The notes beneath the pieces are model-generated. The model was not told the origin of the DNA, searched no databases, and worked only from the letters and a program-made list of their open reading frames with translations. 64,000 nt of DNA from a virus (Duplodnaviria > Caudoviricetes). Below are positions 28,214 to 38,012 of this stretch, piece after piece; position 1 is the stretch's first letter; each line of letters starts with the position of its first letter. The position numbers and the translations under genes are program-made. Location of the stretch: positions 205,548-269,547 of IMG/VR virus record IMGVR_UViG_3300010355_000898; one strand, given 5' to 3'.

Positions 28214-30795
28214 GCAATAAAAAGATCAGAATAAGGGTAAAAAAGCCCTGGATAGGATATCCAGGTACTCCAATTCAACAAAATTATGCCGAAGATTTGG
28301 AACATGGATATTTTGTATGGGACATTGATAATGCAAAAAAATTTGATGTCAAATATCATCAATTGCCAAACACAAAACCATTTGTTACGTTGAAATGGAC
28401 TGATGATGTTGAAAAAACATTTGAACTTGCAAAAAAATATCCTCAAGGATCAAGATTTCGAATTGTTAGTGATGTGCACATCATTCAGCGAGATATACAT
28501 GAATTGACAATGAAATTACGACAAGATTTGTGTGCTCTTGAGGTGACATACAAATCTGATGCAGATTTGAGTTCAAAAAATGTCAAATTCACAAATTCAA
28601 ATATTCAACAGGATGATTTGCGCAATATTGATGTTCAATTGAAATTGCTGAAAGAATATCATAAGAATTCATCAATAGATACAGAAGAATTTGATAAAAT
28701 TTCAAATAAGATTAGAGACTATTTGAAAATTGTTGCAACTGGCGATGACACAATAAGAAACACTCAGTGGTCACTTAAAAGTTTGAAATTTGACAATATG
28801 TTTTCATATTGTGAAGACAATTACATAAATTTTGAGAATTTGAATGGTGTAGTTGGAATTTTTGGTCAAAATAGAACTGGAAAATCATCAATTGTTGGTA
28901 CGTTAATGTATGCTCTGTACAATGCAACAGATCGTGGTCCAATCAAAAATTTGCATGTAATCAACGTTAGAAAGGATAAATGTTCAGTTAGGGCAGTTAT
29001 TCAAATCAATGGTGTTGATTATGTCGTTGAAAGAATTACTGAAAAGAATGAAACAAAAAAGGGAGCAATATTTGCACCCACAACATTGAATCTCTATTCA
29101 ATTGATGATAGTGGTGATGCTCACATTATGAATGGTGAGCAGAGAAATGATACTGAAAAAATGATCAGAAAACTGATTGGAACACAGGATGATTTTCAAA
29201 TCACATCATTGGCAGCACAGGATGATCTGAAACAGTTCATCAATCATGGATCAACAAGACGTAGACAAATCTTGTCAAGATTTCTTGATCTTGATATTTT
29301 TGACAAAATGCATGAACTTGCAAAGAATGATTTGAATTTCATCAAGGCGCAATATAAGAATGTATCAAAAAAGGACTGGAAACAGACTGAAGATATATTG
29401 CTAACCAATATATCAAATTGTGAACAGGAACTTCAAACAATTGATGATAAGATCAGTTTTTGCAGAAGTGAATTGTCAAAATATGAAATTGAACTATCAG
29501 CACACCACAATTCAAATCCTGTAACACAGTATGACATTGATCAGTGTAATGAACAATTGAATTCAACAAACAGAAATTTGACAAATGAACTCAAATGTGA
29601 AAGTGATTATCAACACAAAATTGATGATTTGAAAGGTAAAATTCAAAAAATTGATATTGCGTTAAAGAGTGTTGATGTCAATGATCTGAAGAATAGAAAA
29701 GAACAGATCAGAAAGCTCGAATTGTTAATCAATGATGTGAAACATGATTGTGATGTTTCAGCAACAGAAATCAAAAGACATAAAAAATCACTTCAATTAT
29801 TGAATGACATCCCATGTGGAGAAAAATATCCAACATGCAAATTCATTAAAGATGCAATTGAATTGAAACCAGAATTGCTGAAAGAAGAACAGAAATCAAC
29901 ACAACTTACTGAAAAATTGCAAAATTATGTTGACAATATGAAAAAGTTGACATATGAAAATGTTGATGAAAAACTTGACAAATTTCAAAAACTTCAACAG
30001 ATGAAATCAAAATTTGAGATTGAGGTTGAAAAATTCAATCATTCATTACACGTTTCAAAAGAAAAAATTGTCAGATTGAATGAAAAGATTGAATTGTTAA
30101 CTGAACAATTGCAAAAATACATTGAAGCAATCAAGAATGATGATAATGTTACAATTGTCAACATAAAGACAGAAATTGATAGAACAAAAAAACTCATAAA
30201 GAAGTATGATAATGATAAGATAATTTCAGCAACTGAAATTGGAAGATCAAAATCTCAACTTGAAAAAGTTTTGAATGAAAAGGCTGAATATGATGAAGCT
30301 TTGAGTAAACTGAAAATTTATGAGTTGATAACATCTGCATTTTCAAAAAAGGGAATTCCACAGCTGATTATGCAATCACAATTGCCAATGTTGAATGAAG
30401 AGGTTACAAAATTATTGCATGGAATTGTTGATTTTACAATAGAACTTGGCGCAGATGATGAAACTGACAGTATGGAAATATACATCAATTATGGTGATAG
30501 TAAACGTCCAATTGAGTTGTGCTCAGGAATGGAAAAAACAATTGCATCAATTGCTTTGAGAGTTGCAATGATCAACATATCATCATTACCCAAATCTGAC
30601 GTATTCATAATTGATGAGGGTTTTGGTGTTTTTGATGAGAGTGGTATTGATGCAGTCAATAGACTGTTGGGCGTTCTGAAAACATATTTCAAAACTGTTC
30701 TTATCATTACGCATATTGATGGCATAAAGGATGCAACAGATCAAATTGTTGAAATATCAAAACGCGAAATTGATTCGTATGTATATTTCGAGTGA
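28210..30795 (+). CDS. SbcD C-terminal piece fused to SbcC/Rad50 (gp46-like) ATPase
   Basis: YPGTPIQQNYAE then GQNRTGKSS Walker A, coiled coil, CSGME signature, IIDEGFG Walker B, ITH. Confidence 0.88.
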   Translation: MSNKKIRIRVKKPWIGYPGTPIQQNYAEDLEHGYFVWDIDNAKKFDVKYHQLPNTKPFVTLKWTDDVEKTFELAKKYPQGSRFRIVSDVHIIQRDIHELTMKLRQDLCALEVTYKSDADLSSKNVKFTNSNIQQDDLRNIDVQLKLLKEYHKNSSIDTEEFDKISNKIRDYLKIVATGDDTIRNTQWSLKSLKFDNMFSYCEDNYINFENLNGVVGIFGQNRTGKSSIVGTLMYALYNATDRGPIKNLHVINVRKDKCSVRAVIQINGVDYVVERITEKNETKKGAIFAPTTLNLYSIDDSGDAHIMNGEQRNDTEKMIRKLIGTQDDFQITSLAAQDDLKQFINHGSTRRRQILSRFLDLDIFDKMHELAKNDLNFIKAQYKNVSKKDWKQTEDILLTNISNCEQELQTIDDKISFCRSELSKYEIELSAHHNSNPVTQYDIDQCNEQLNSTNRNLTNELKCESDYQHKIDDLKGKIQKIDIALKSVDVNDLKNRKEQIRKLELLINDVKHDCDVSATEIKRHKKSLQLLNDIPCGEKYPTCKFIKDAIELKPELLKEEQKSTQLTEKLQNYVDNMKKLTYENVDEKLDKFQKLQQMKSKFEIEVEKFNHSLHVSKEKIVRLNEKIELLTEQLQKYIEAIKNDDNVTIVNIKTEIDRTKKLIKKYDNDKIISATEIGRSKSQLEKVLNEKAEYDEALSKLKIYELITSAFSKKGIPQLIMQSQLPMLNEEVTKLLHGIVDFTIELGADDETDSMEIYINYGDSKRPIELCSGMEKTIASIALRVAMINISSLPKSDVFIIDEGFGVFDESGIDAVNRLLGVLKTYFKTVLIITHIDGIKDATDQIVEISKREIDSYVYFE

Positions 30796-30799
30796 GAAT

Positions 30800-31066
30800 A
30801 TGAAAACATATCATATAATTTCAGACTTCAATGATGAAGAGAAAACAATTCCGCTATTTTGTCCACATTGTGGACAATTGATGAAAACATATGATGATCA
30901 GAATGCTTTCAATCAGTATGAATGTTGTGATTGGTGTGCAATGAAATGGGCACATCCAAATTCTGGACAGTGGAAGAATGGCTGGCGACCTGAGAAGAAT
31001 ATTCTTGAATTTGAGTTAAAAAATAGACCTCCAATGATGTTGAATCTTCAACTCAGAGTTGAGTGA
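30800..31066 (+). CDS. Small Zn-finger protein
   Basis: CPHC...CCDWC, GWRP. Confidence 0.6.
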   Translation: MKTYHIISDFNDEEKTIPLFCPHCGQLMKTYDDQNAFNQYECCDWCAMKWAHPNSGQWKNGWRPEKNILEFELKNRPPMMLNLQLRVE

Positions 31067-31073
31067 TATTTAA
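31066..31073 (+). promoter_or_regulatory. Putative late promoter ATATTTAA
   Basis: Recurrent motif at the start of the packaging operon. Confidence 0.55.
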
Positions 31074-31081
31074 GAGTTGTC

Positions 31082-31465
31082 ATGGCAGAACAAATAAATT
31101 ACAATGCTTTGGGTCAAGCAATTGATACGACCTGGGGTAGAAGTTCAACTCCACTCACATCTGGTTATTCAGTCAAATTTTCACTCTTTGGTGAAACTGG
31201 CATGATTGCTTCATACACAGCAATTGTCAATTTTGGCACAGAAAAACAGATGATTGATATGAAATTGCGTTATCAGGATGAGGCAAACAGAGTTGTCAGT
31301 GAATATGTTAAAGCCATAAAAGAGAGATATAAGTCGTTGACTGGAAAAGCAATAAAAATTGTTGAAAACAATTCCAGTGATTCAATTGAAGTGATTGGCT
31401 TTGGAGTACACAATCCTCGTAGAACAGCGTACTATAGAAAAAAGTTAGTCTTTGAATTGGGCTGA
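31082..31465 (+). CDS. Hypothetical protein upstream of terminase
   Basis: 127-aa ORF following the late motif. Confidence 0.6.
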   Translation: MAEQINYNALGQAIDTTWGRSSTPLTSGYSVKFSLFGETGMIASYTAIVNFGTEKQMIDMKLRYQDEANRVVSEYVKAIKERYKSLTGKAIKIVENNSSDSIEVIGFGVHNPRRTAYYRKKLVFELG

Positions 31466-31466
31466 A

Positions 31467-34265
31467 ATGGCATTAACAGGAAATCCAACAAAAAGTGATC
31501 AGGTAAAAGAGATAATCAGGTGCGGTAAAGACCCAGTCTATTTCATAAACAGTTATGTAAAAATTCAGCACCCATTGAAAGGAACCATACCTTTCAACAC
31601 ATATCCATTTCAGGATGAATGTTTGAAATCATATGAAGAAAATCGTTTCAACATAATCTTGAAATCAAGACAGCTTGGTTTATCAACTGTCAGTGCTGCA
31701 TATGCAGTGTGGCTGGCAATTTTTCATAAAGACAAGAATGTTCTCATCATTGCAACAAAACTTCCAACTGCACAAAACTTTGTGAAAAAATGTTTGGTTG
31801 CTGTTCAAAACTTACCAAAGTGGTTACTTTTGCCAAAATATCAACCATCAAAACAACAGATAGAATTCAGTAATGGGTCAGTGATTAAGGCTATTCCAAC
31901 ATCTGAGGATGCTGGTAGATCAGAAGCTTTGTCATTGTTGATTGTGGATGAATGCGCATTCATACGAGACTTTGATACGATTTGGACAGGTATTTTTCCA
32001 ACAATAAGCTGTTTAACAGGTGATACAAAAGTATTGACTGATTTGGGATGGTCAAATATTGATGAATTGTGCAAAGGAGATATTGGAACATTTTGTGATG
32101 CAAAAGATTTGAATGTTTATGCAAAGAATGGATTTGAATCGGTTTCACATACATACATTTCGCCAAAATCATCATTGAAAATTATCACAACGTCAAGTGG
32201 TAAAAAATTGAAAACTACATTTGAACATCCATTGTGGACCTTGAGAGATGGAACAATTGGAATGATCAAAGCAAATCAATTGAAAATTGGTGATCATTTG
32301 AAATTGAAATTTGGTACACAACAATTTGGCAAAATTGTTGATGAAAATGCATACATTAGTGGTGTGATCTTATCTAAGTCATTCATTAATGATAATGAAA
32401 CATGTGTACAGAATGATGATGTACAAATAGGAGAACGTTTACTTGCAGTAGGGTTTCAATACAATGATGGTATATTCAGATCAGAACGTCAAGAACACAG
32501 ATTGAATTCAATTCCAAATTCAGTTTGGAAAGGTAATAGGCATACGCAATCTCAGTTTTTGAGAGGGTTTTTTGATGCAAATTCACACATAGGCAACACA
32601 ATAATGACATATTCTCATAACAGAGAATTGATGAATGAAATTCAACTGTTGTTGCAAAATTTTGGAATTGTGTCAAAAGTTTATGAATATTCTGATTTGA
32701 AATCAAGGTTATCAACCCCCCCAGTTGAAAACCAAACCAATTGGGTTCTTGAATTGAACAAATATGGCTCTGAATTGTTCAAGAATGACATTGGAATAAC
32801 TGTTGAAAAGAAAATGGGGAAACTATTAAAGTTGTCAGAAAAATATTCTGGCGATGAAAGAATGCAATTTATATTGTCAAAAAAGTTGCAAAGTGTTGTT
32901 GAAACAATGTTGAGAAATGTGATTGACTATCAGAGAACAAGGATATCAAATCACAAAAAATATTCATACATTTCTGATCTGATAGGAAAATTGAGATATC
33001 AGGTTCTTGCAAACAGAATTCTTGAGGATGATTTTGATCTGTCTGAGGATGAACAAACATTCTTTCATGAAATTGGAGAAGAGAGTGTTCTGTGGGATGA
33101 AATTGTTTCAATTGAATGTGGTGATGATCAGATAACATATGATTTCACAGTTCCTGGAACACATACGTTTTATCAGAATGGTATATTGGGAAGCAATACA
33201 GGTGGTCGAGCAATTCTGCTGTCGACGCCAAATGGCGTTGGTGGTCAATATTACAAATTGTGGGTCGATGCAGAAGCAGGTGTCAACAATTTTAATGCAA
33301 TAAGATTGCCATGGACAGTTCATCCAGAACATGATCAGGATTGGTTTGTTAATGAGACCAGAGGATTCACGAAAAAGAAAATTTCACAAGAATATGTGTG
33401 CGACTTCGTAGCAAGTGGTGACACGTTCTTAACGTCAGAAACACTCGAATTGGTTAGACAAGACATAGAAGTACCTTACAAAAAGTCAGAAATTGACAGA
33501 AATGTTTGGATATGGAAAGACCCAGTACCAGGAAAGAAATATATCATTTCAGCAGATGTATCAAGAGGTGATGCAAGAGATTTCAGCGCATTTCATGTTA
33601 TTGACGAAGAAAAACTTGAAGTTGTTGCTGAATATATGGGAAAGATACCACCTGAAAAATTGGGTGATTTACTGAATGAAATTGGAAAATTGTATTGCAA
33701 AGCATTGATTGCAGTTGAACAGAATACGTTTGGATATTTCACTGCAACAAAATTGAAAACAATTGGTTATCCACATCTCTATTATCACAATGCAAGGGGA
33801 GATTACAGATCATATGTGCCATCAGAGGATGAGACACCCGGTTTTCCAACAAATCAGAAAACTAGAACACAAATAACAACAAAACTCGAAGAATTGTTGA
33901 GAAACAGACAACTTCATGTTAAGTCTCAACGATTATATGATCAATTGCAATCTTTCATCTGGAATGGAAATAAACCCATGGCTTCAAAGGATGCATATGA
34001 CGATCTTGTTCTGTCACTTGCAATTGGGACGTGGATGCTCGATGCTGGTGAAGGAAAGAATGCAAATGTTGACATAATGTATGCACTTCTTGGATCAACT
34101 GGTAAAATTGGATTGAAACAGAATGACATTCCAGGTTTCAGGAAAATTCATGATATGTCAATTCATTCAACTTACAAAAATATTGGTGTTGCAAAACCAC
34201 GACAAATGGATGATGTCACAAAAGAAAGACCTGATCTGCTGATTGATACAAGTTGGTTATTATGA
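31467..34265 (+). CDS. terL: Terminase large subunit (T4 gp17-like) with intein
   Basis: KSRQLGLST Walker A, LIVDE Walker B, LLSTPNG, SADVSRG, DDLV nuclease residues. Confidence 0.95.
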   Translation: MALTGNPTKSDQVKEIIRCGKDPVYFINSYVKIQHPLKGTIPFNTYPFQDECLKSYEENRFNIILKSRQLGLSTVSAAYAVWLAIFHKDKNVLIIATKLPTAQNFVKKCLVAVQNLPKWLLLPKYQPSKQQIEFSNGSVIKAIPTSEDAGRSEALSLLIVDECAFIRDFDTIWTGIFPTISCLTGDTKVLTDLGWSNIDELCKGDIGTFCDAKDLNVYAKNGFESVSHTYISPKSSLKIITTSSGKKLKTTFEHPLWTLRDGTIGMIKANQLKIGDHLKLKFGTQQFGKIVDENAYISGVILSKSFINDNETCVQNDDVQIGERLLAVGFQYNDGIFRSERQEHRLNSIPNSVWKGNRHTQSQFLRGFFDANSHIGNTIMTYSHNRELMNEIQLLLQNFGIVSKVYEYSDLKSRLSTPPVENQTNWVLELNKYGSELFKNDIGITVEKKMGKLLKLSEKYSGDERMQFILSKKLQSVVETMLRNVIDYQRTRISNHKKYSYISDLIGKLRYQVLANRILEDDFDLSEDEQTFFHEIGEESVLWDEIVSIECGDDQITYDFTVPGTHTFYQNGILGSNTGGRAILLSTPNGVGGQYYKLWVDAEAGVNNFNAIRLPWTVHPEHDQDWFVNETRGFTKKKISQEYVCDFVASGDTFLTSETLELVRQDIEVPYKKSEIDRNVWIWKDPVPGKKYIISADVSRGDARDFSAFHVIDEEKLEVVAEYMGKIPPEKLGDLLNEIGKLYCKALIAVEQNTFGYFTATKLKTIGYPHLYYHNARGDYRSYVPSEDETPGFPTNQKTRTQITTKLEELLRNRQLHVKSQRLYDQLQSFIWNGNKPMASKDAYDDLVLSLAIGTWMLDAGEGKNANVDIMYALLGSTGKIGLKQNDIPGFRKIHDMSIHSTYKNIGVAKPRQMDDVTKERPDLLIDTSWLL
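32010..33197 (+). mobile_element. Intein with degenerate LAGLIDADG domain (396 aa)
   Basis: PTIS|CLTGDT...TTFEHP...FLRGFFDAN...TYDFTV...NGILGSN|TGG. Confidence 0.9.
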
Positions 34266-34268
34266 CAG

Positions 34269-34276
34269 ATACTTAA
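34269..34276 (+). promoter_or_regulatory. Putative late promoter ATACTTAA
   Basis: Intergenic recurrent motif. Confidence 0.55.
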
Positions 34277-34288
34277 CTGACAGGTATT

Positions 34289-34603
34289 ATGTCATCAAAA
34301 ATTCATATAGCAGAATTGAAACAGATAATTCGTGATGAATTGAAAACTTTGAAAGAAAATGTTGAAATTGATCATGAAGTTGCAAAGGATGTTGTTACCA
34401 AAGCAAGCAAACTTTTGTCAGCAATAAAAACATTCAATGATGGTCTGGGTGAATTGCCTCAAGTTATTGGTGCAGTGTCAATTGATCTCAAAAGAGTTGA
34501 GGATGCTCTCAAAGCAATGGTAGAAAATCCAGCATTGTATGCTGTGAAGAAAAAAACGCCAAAGGTTCAAAAAGTTTCTTTAACTTCAAAGAACAAAATT
34601 TGA
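34289..34603 (+). CDS. Hypothetical head-associated protein
   Basis: ELKQIIRDEL..LKE N-terminus; lies between terL and portal. Confidence 0.55.
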   Translation: MSSKIHIAELKQIIRDELKTLKENVEIDHEVAKDVVTKASKLLSAIKTFNDGLGELPQVIGAVSIDLKRVEDALKAMVENPALYAVKKKTPKVQKVSLTSKNKI

Positions 34604-34651
34604 TAAGATCAAACATATTTGTTGAGCCTAGGCTTATGAATAGGTGGGCAC

Positions 34652-37132
34652 ATGACCAATAAAAAGAACAGAGATTTATTTAAGCGTTTAACAAGACTAT
34701 TCAAATCAGGTCCAGTAGTAAAGAGAAAAATCAGATCTTATGATACAGTGATTGCATCGCCTGATCATGAAAAATCGTCAGCAGCGTTGCTTTTTCAGAG
34801 ATCTTTTTCTCCAACATATTCAAGAATAACAGCCAATGCTTACAATCTTTCTGAGAGATTGATGAGGTATCAAGACTTTTGTCTCACTGGAGATACATTG
34901 GTTGCTGTGTTGAATGATACAGGCTATATGCGTCTTGATGAAATTGTTGATAGATGGAATAGTGGTGATAGACACATATACACATATTCATATGATGTGC
35001 AAGATAATGTAAGAGTAGTTTCAAAAATTACTGGTGCAAAATACAATGGAAAACGTGAAATTTTACACGTTGTTCTTGATGACGGTACGGTGATCAGATC
35101 AACTCCTGATCACAGATTTATGTTACGTGATGGGACATATGTTGAAGCAAAGGATTTGACAAAAAATTCCAAATTGATGTCTATGAATTTGGAACGTTCA
35201 GTAAAAGAAATTCAAAATACTGATGAAATTGAAGATGTTTATGATATTGAAGTCGCTGACTATTCAAATTTTGCGTTAGTTTCCAATCTTGAAGAACATC
35301 CTTATTCAGTGTTTGTTCACAACTGTGAAATGGAACTTTTTCCTGAATTGTCATCAGCACTTGATATATTTGCAGATGAAGTTATGGCATGTGATGATAA
35401 AGGAAAATCATTACACATATATTCTGACAACGAAAAGATAAAAGAGCTTCTTGATGAACTGTTTTATGGTGTACTGAATTTTGAATTCAATGGAAGATTG
35501 TGGGCAAGAAATCTTTGCAAATTTGGTGATTTCATTCTGTACAATGATGTGCATCCTGAACGTGGAATTGTGAACGCTTTTCCAATCCCAGTGAATGAAA
35601 TTGAGAGAGAAGAAAACTTTGATAGAGAAGATCCATTTGCAATCAGGTACAGATGGGCAGGTGCTGGTAATAGAACACTTGAAAATTGGGAAGTAACACA
35701 TTTTAGATTGCTTGGTAATGATGCGTTTCTTCCATATGGATCATCAGTGCTTGATCCAGCCAGAAGAATTTGGCGTCAATTGATCCTCATTGAGGATGCA
35801 ATGTTGGTTTACAGAATTGTTAGAGCACCGGAACGTCGTGTATTCTATGTTGACGTTGCAAACCTACCTCCAGCTGAAGTACCAATGTACATTGAGGAAA
35901 TGAAAAAGAACTTGAGATCAAATCAGGTTATTGATCAGGCAACTGGAAGAGTTGATCTCAGATACAATCCGTTCAGTGTTGATGAAGATTTTTTGATCCC
36001 GGTGAGAGGTAATGAATCAGGCACAAAGATTGATACACTTGCTGGTGGACAGAACACAGCTGCAGTTGAGGATGTTGCATATATTCAGAAGAAATTGTTT
36101 GCAGCATTGAAAATTCCAAAAGCATACCTTTCATATGATGAAGGTGTAAGTTCAAAAGCAACATTGGCATCTGAGGATATCAGATTTTCAAGAACAATAA
36201 CATCAATACAAAAGATGATGATTGCTGAACTCAATAAGTTGGCAATTATTCATCTGTATGCACATGGATATTCTGGTGAAGATTTGGGAAATTTCAATCT
36301 CAAATTGTCAAATCCATCGTCAGTTGCCCAACAGCAAAAACTTGAATTGTGGCGTTCAAAGTTTGAAATTGCCGGAAATATGCCTGAAGGTATGGGTAGT
36401 AAAGAATTCATCTACAGAGAGATCTGGGGATTGGATAGTGATCAGATAAACAATATTGCAGATCAGCAATTGAGAGAACGTGTCTATTCAGTACAGCTTG
36501 ATAATGTGTCAGAACCAGATACAGAAGAATTGTTTGGTAATGCGGGTGGTAATATGGGAGGAGCCGGTTCAGAGGGCGGCGCTGAGGCGGGAGCTGAGGA
36601 ACTTGAAACTGCAGGTGAAGAACCGGAAGAAGAACAGGATCCTGATTTGGAATTGTTGATCTCTGGTGATGAACCAAGCCCTGATGAAAAACCAATTTTT
36701 GAAAAGGATGAACCGGTTAAGGTAAATTCTCAAATCAAGAGAACACAATATAATCGTTCAAGACAAAGAACACATGGAAGTTCAAAAACACACATCCCAG
36801 ATTTTGGAAAGATGACATCAGAATTTGATTCAAACTCTGATCCATATGATGATGAATACAGAAAATCAATCATAACAAATCCTTTCAAAGAAGGAAGAGA
36901 TTTTCAATATTTTGTTAAACCAGAATTTCCTGAACATGTCAAATTGGATGAAAATTTGAAGTGTGTTCTCAATCATCTTGATCAGAAATTTGGCTTTGGT
37001 AAGCGAATGAACAGCACAAAATTGATCAGTGAAGCAGTTGATATACAGGATGAAATTGATGGCAAAAATTTTGTCATTGACACAAAAAACATAGATTTAA
37101 CCGGAATATTTGATATTAGAGAAGAGGAATAA
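34652..37132 (+). CDS. Portal protein (T4 gp20-like) with mini-intein and acidic C-terminal extension
   Basis: SALDIFADE, LIEDAMLVYRIVRAPERRVFYVDV, EDFLIPVRG, IDTLAGG, LKIPKAYL, EDIRF. Confidence 0.95.
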   Translation: MTNKKNRDLFKRLTRLFKSGPVVKRKIRSYDTVIASPDHEKSSAALLFQRSFSPTYSRITANAYNLSERLMRYQDFCLTGDTLVAVLNDTGYMRLDEIVDRWNSGDRHIYTYSYDVQDNVRVVSKITGAKYNGKREILHVVLDDGTVIRSTPDHRFMLRDGTYVEAKDLTKNSKLMSMNLERSVKEIQNTDEIEDVYDIEVADYSNFALVSNLEEHPYSVFVHNCEMELFPELSSALDIFADEVMACDDKGKSLHIYSDNEKIKELLDELFYGVLNFEFNGRLWARNLCKFGDFILYNDVHPERGIVNAFPIPVNEIEREENFDREDPFAIRYRWAGAGNRTLENWEVTHFRLLGNDAFLPYGSSVLDPARRIWRQLILIEDAMLVYRIVRAPERRVFYVDVANLPPAEVPMYIEEMKKNLRSNQVIDQATGRVDLRYNPFSVDEDFLIPVRGNESGTKIDTLAGGQNTAAVEDVAYIQKKLFAALKIPKAYLSYDEGVSSKATLASEDIRFSRTITSIQKMMIAELNKLAIIHLYAHGYSGEDLGNFNLKLSNPSSVAQQQKLELWRSKFEIAGNMPEGMGSKEFIYREIWGLDSDQINNIADQQLRERVYSVQLDNVSEPDTEELFGNAGGNMGGAGSEGGAEAGAEELETAGEEPEEEQDPDLELLISGDEPSPDEKPIFEKDEPVKVNSQIKRTQYNRSRQRTHGSSKTHIPDFGKMTSEFDSNSDPYDDEYRKSIITNPFKEGRDFQYFVKPEFPEHVKLDENLKCVLNHLDQKFGFGKRMNSTKLISEAVDIQDEIDGKNFVIDTKNIDLTGIFDIREEE
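34880..35323 (+). mobile_element. Mini-intein (148 aa, no endonuclease)
   Basis: YQDF|CLTGDT...STPDHRF...VYDIEV...VFVHN|CEM. Confidence 0.93.
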
Positions 37133-37133
37133 A

Positions 37134-38012
37134 ATGTCTGCACACAATAAGAAAAGAAATGCTGGCTTACTCTATGAATTCCTGATCAAGGAAATTTCAA
37201 CATCACTTGTTGAAGGAGATAAGAAACGATCAAACACAGCACTCAAAATTTTGAAAACATATTTCAAACCTGGTACTGAATTGTATAAGGAATTCAGATT
37301 GATCAATTCTCTAATAAAGACGCATGTTTCTTCGCAGTCAGTTGTTCAATCAATTTTGTCAGAGGCAAAGAGGGCAGCAGAGAAGTATGATTTACAAAAA
37401 CTTGATCGTGAAAAATCACTTCTTATCAAGACCATCAATCACACTTTTGGCGTTAACAACACAATTTTTGATCACAATGTGAATGAATATAAAAAGTATG
37501 CAACTGTGCAAACATTGATAAATGATTGGCGATCAAATGATCATGACATATTCAGAATTGCAAAATTTGAGGATCAGCTGACAGGTTGGCTGCTTGAAAA
37601 TCCTGAGCAATGCACAGATGTTGTGATTGAAAATTCAGAAACGCCTGGGACCAATAGATTGGTTATGAAAATTTTGTCAAACAAATTGAATGAAAAGTAT
37701 GATAAAGTTTTGAATTCATCACAAAAAGATCTGATACGAGTGTATGCAATTGCAACAACAAATCAGGATGAAGGTCTTATTAGGGAAAAATTGCAACAAT
37801 CAAGAGAAACATTGTTGTCAGAAATGAAGAATTACATCAGTGAGCAGCGTAGTATGAAAGATGGCAGTACATATGTTGCTGATAAACTTGAAAAGTTATC
37901 TCAACAAATTGTTGAGGAAAGCATTGATGCCATTGATGATGACACAATCACAAAGTACTTATCATATATGAAACTCTATGAAGAGATCATTAAACCTGAG
38001 GAGAATGTATGA
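37134..38012 (+). CDS. Head-module protein between portal and protease
   Basis: HNKKRNAGLLYEFL N-terminus; GAGGA RBS; gene position. Confidence 0.6.
   Translation: MSAHNKKRNAGLLYEFLIKEISTSLVEGDKKRSNTALKILKTYFKPGTELYKEFRLINSLIKTHVSSQSVVQSILSEAKRAAEKYDLQKLDREKSLLIKTINHTFGVNNTIFDHNVNEYKKYATVQTLINDWRSNDHDIFRIAKFEDQLTGWLLENPEQCTDVVIENSETPGTNRLVMKILSNKLNEKYDKVLNSSQKDLIRVYAIATTNQDEGLIREKLQQSRETLLSEMKNYISEQRSMKDGSTYVADKLEKLSQQIVEESIDAIDDDTITKYLSYMKLYEEIIKPEENV

Noticed and set aside
28150-28250. Split intein at the SbcD break
   Set aside because: No N-terminal Cys/Ser block A, no TxxH and no His-Asn terminus; the extra peptides are far too short for a Hint fold
31082-31465. Small terminase subunit call for the ORF upstream of terL
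   Set aside because: Only the position supports it; no recognisable TerS features
34625-34634. Palindrome AGCCTAGGCT upstream of the portal gene
   Set aside because: A single 10-bp palindrome with no second copy found; not enough to call an operator
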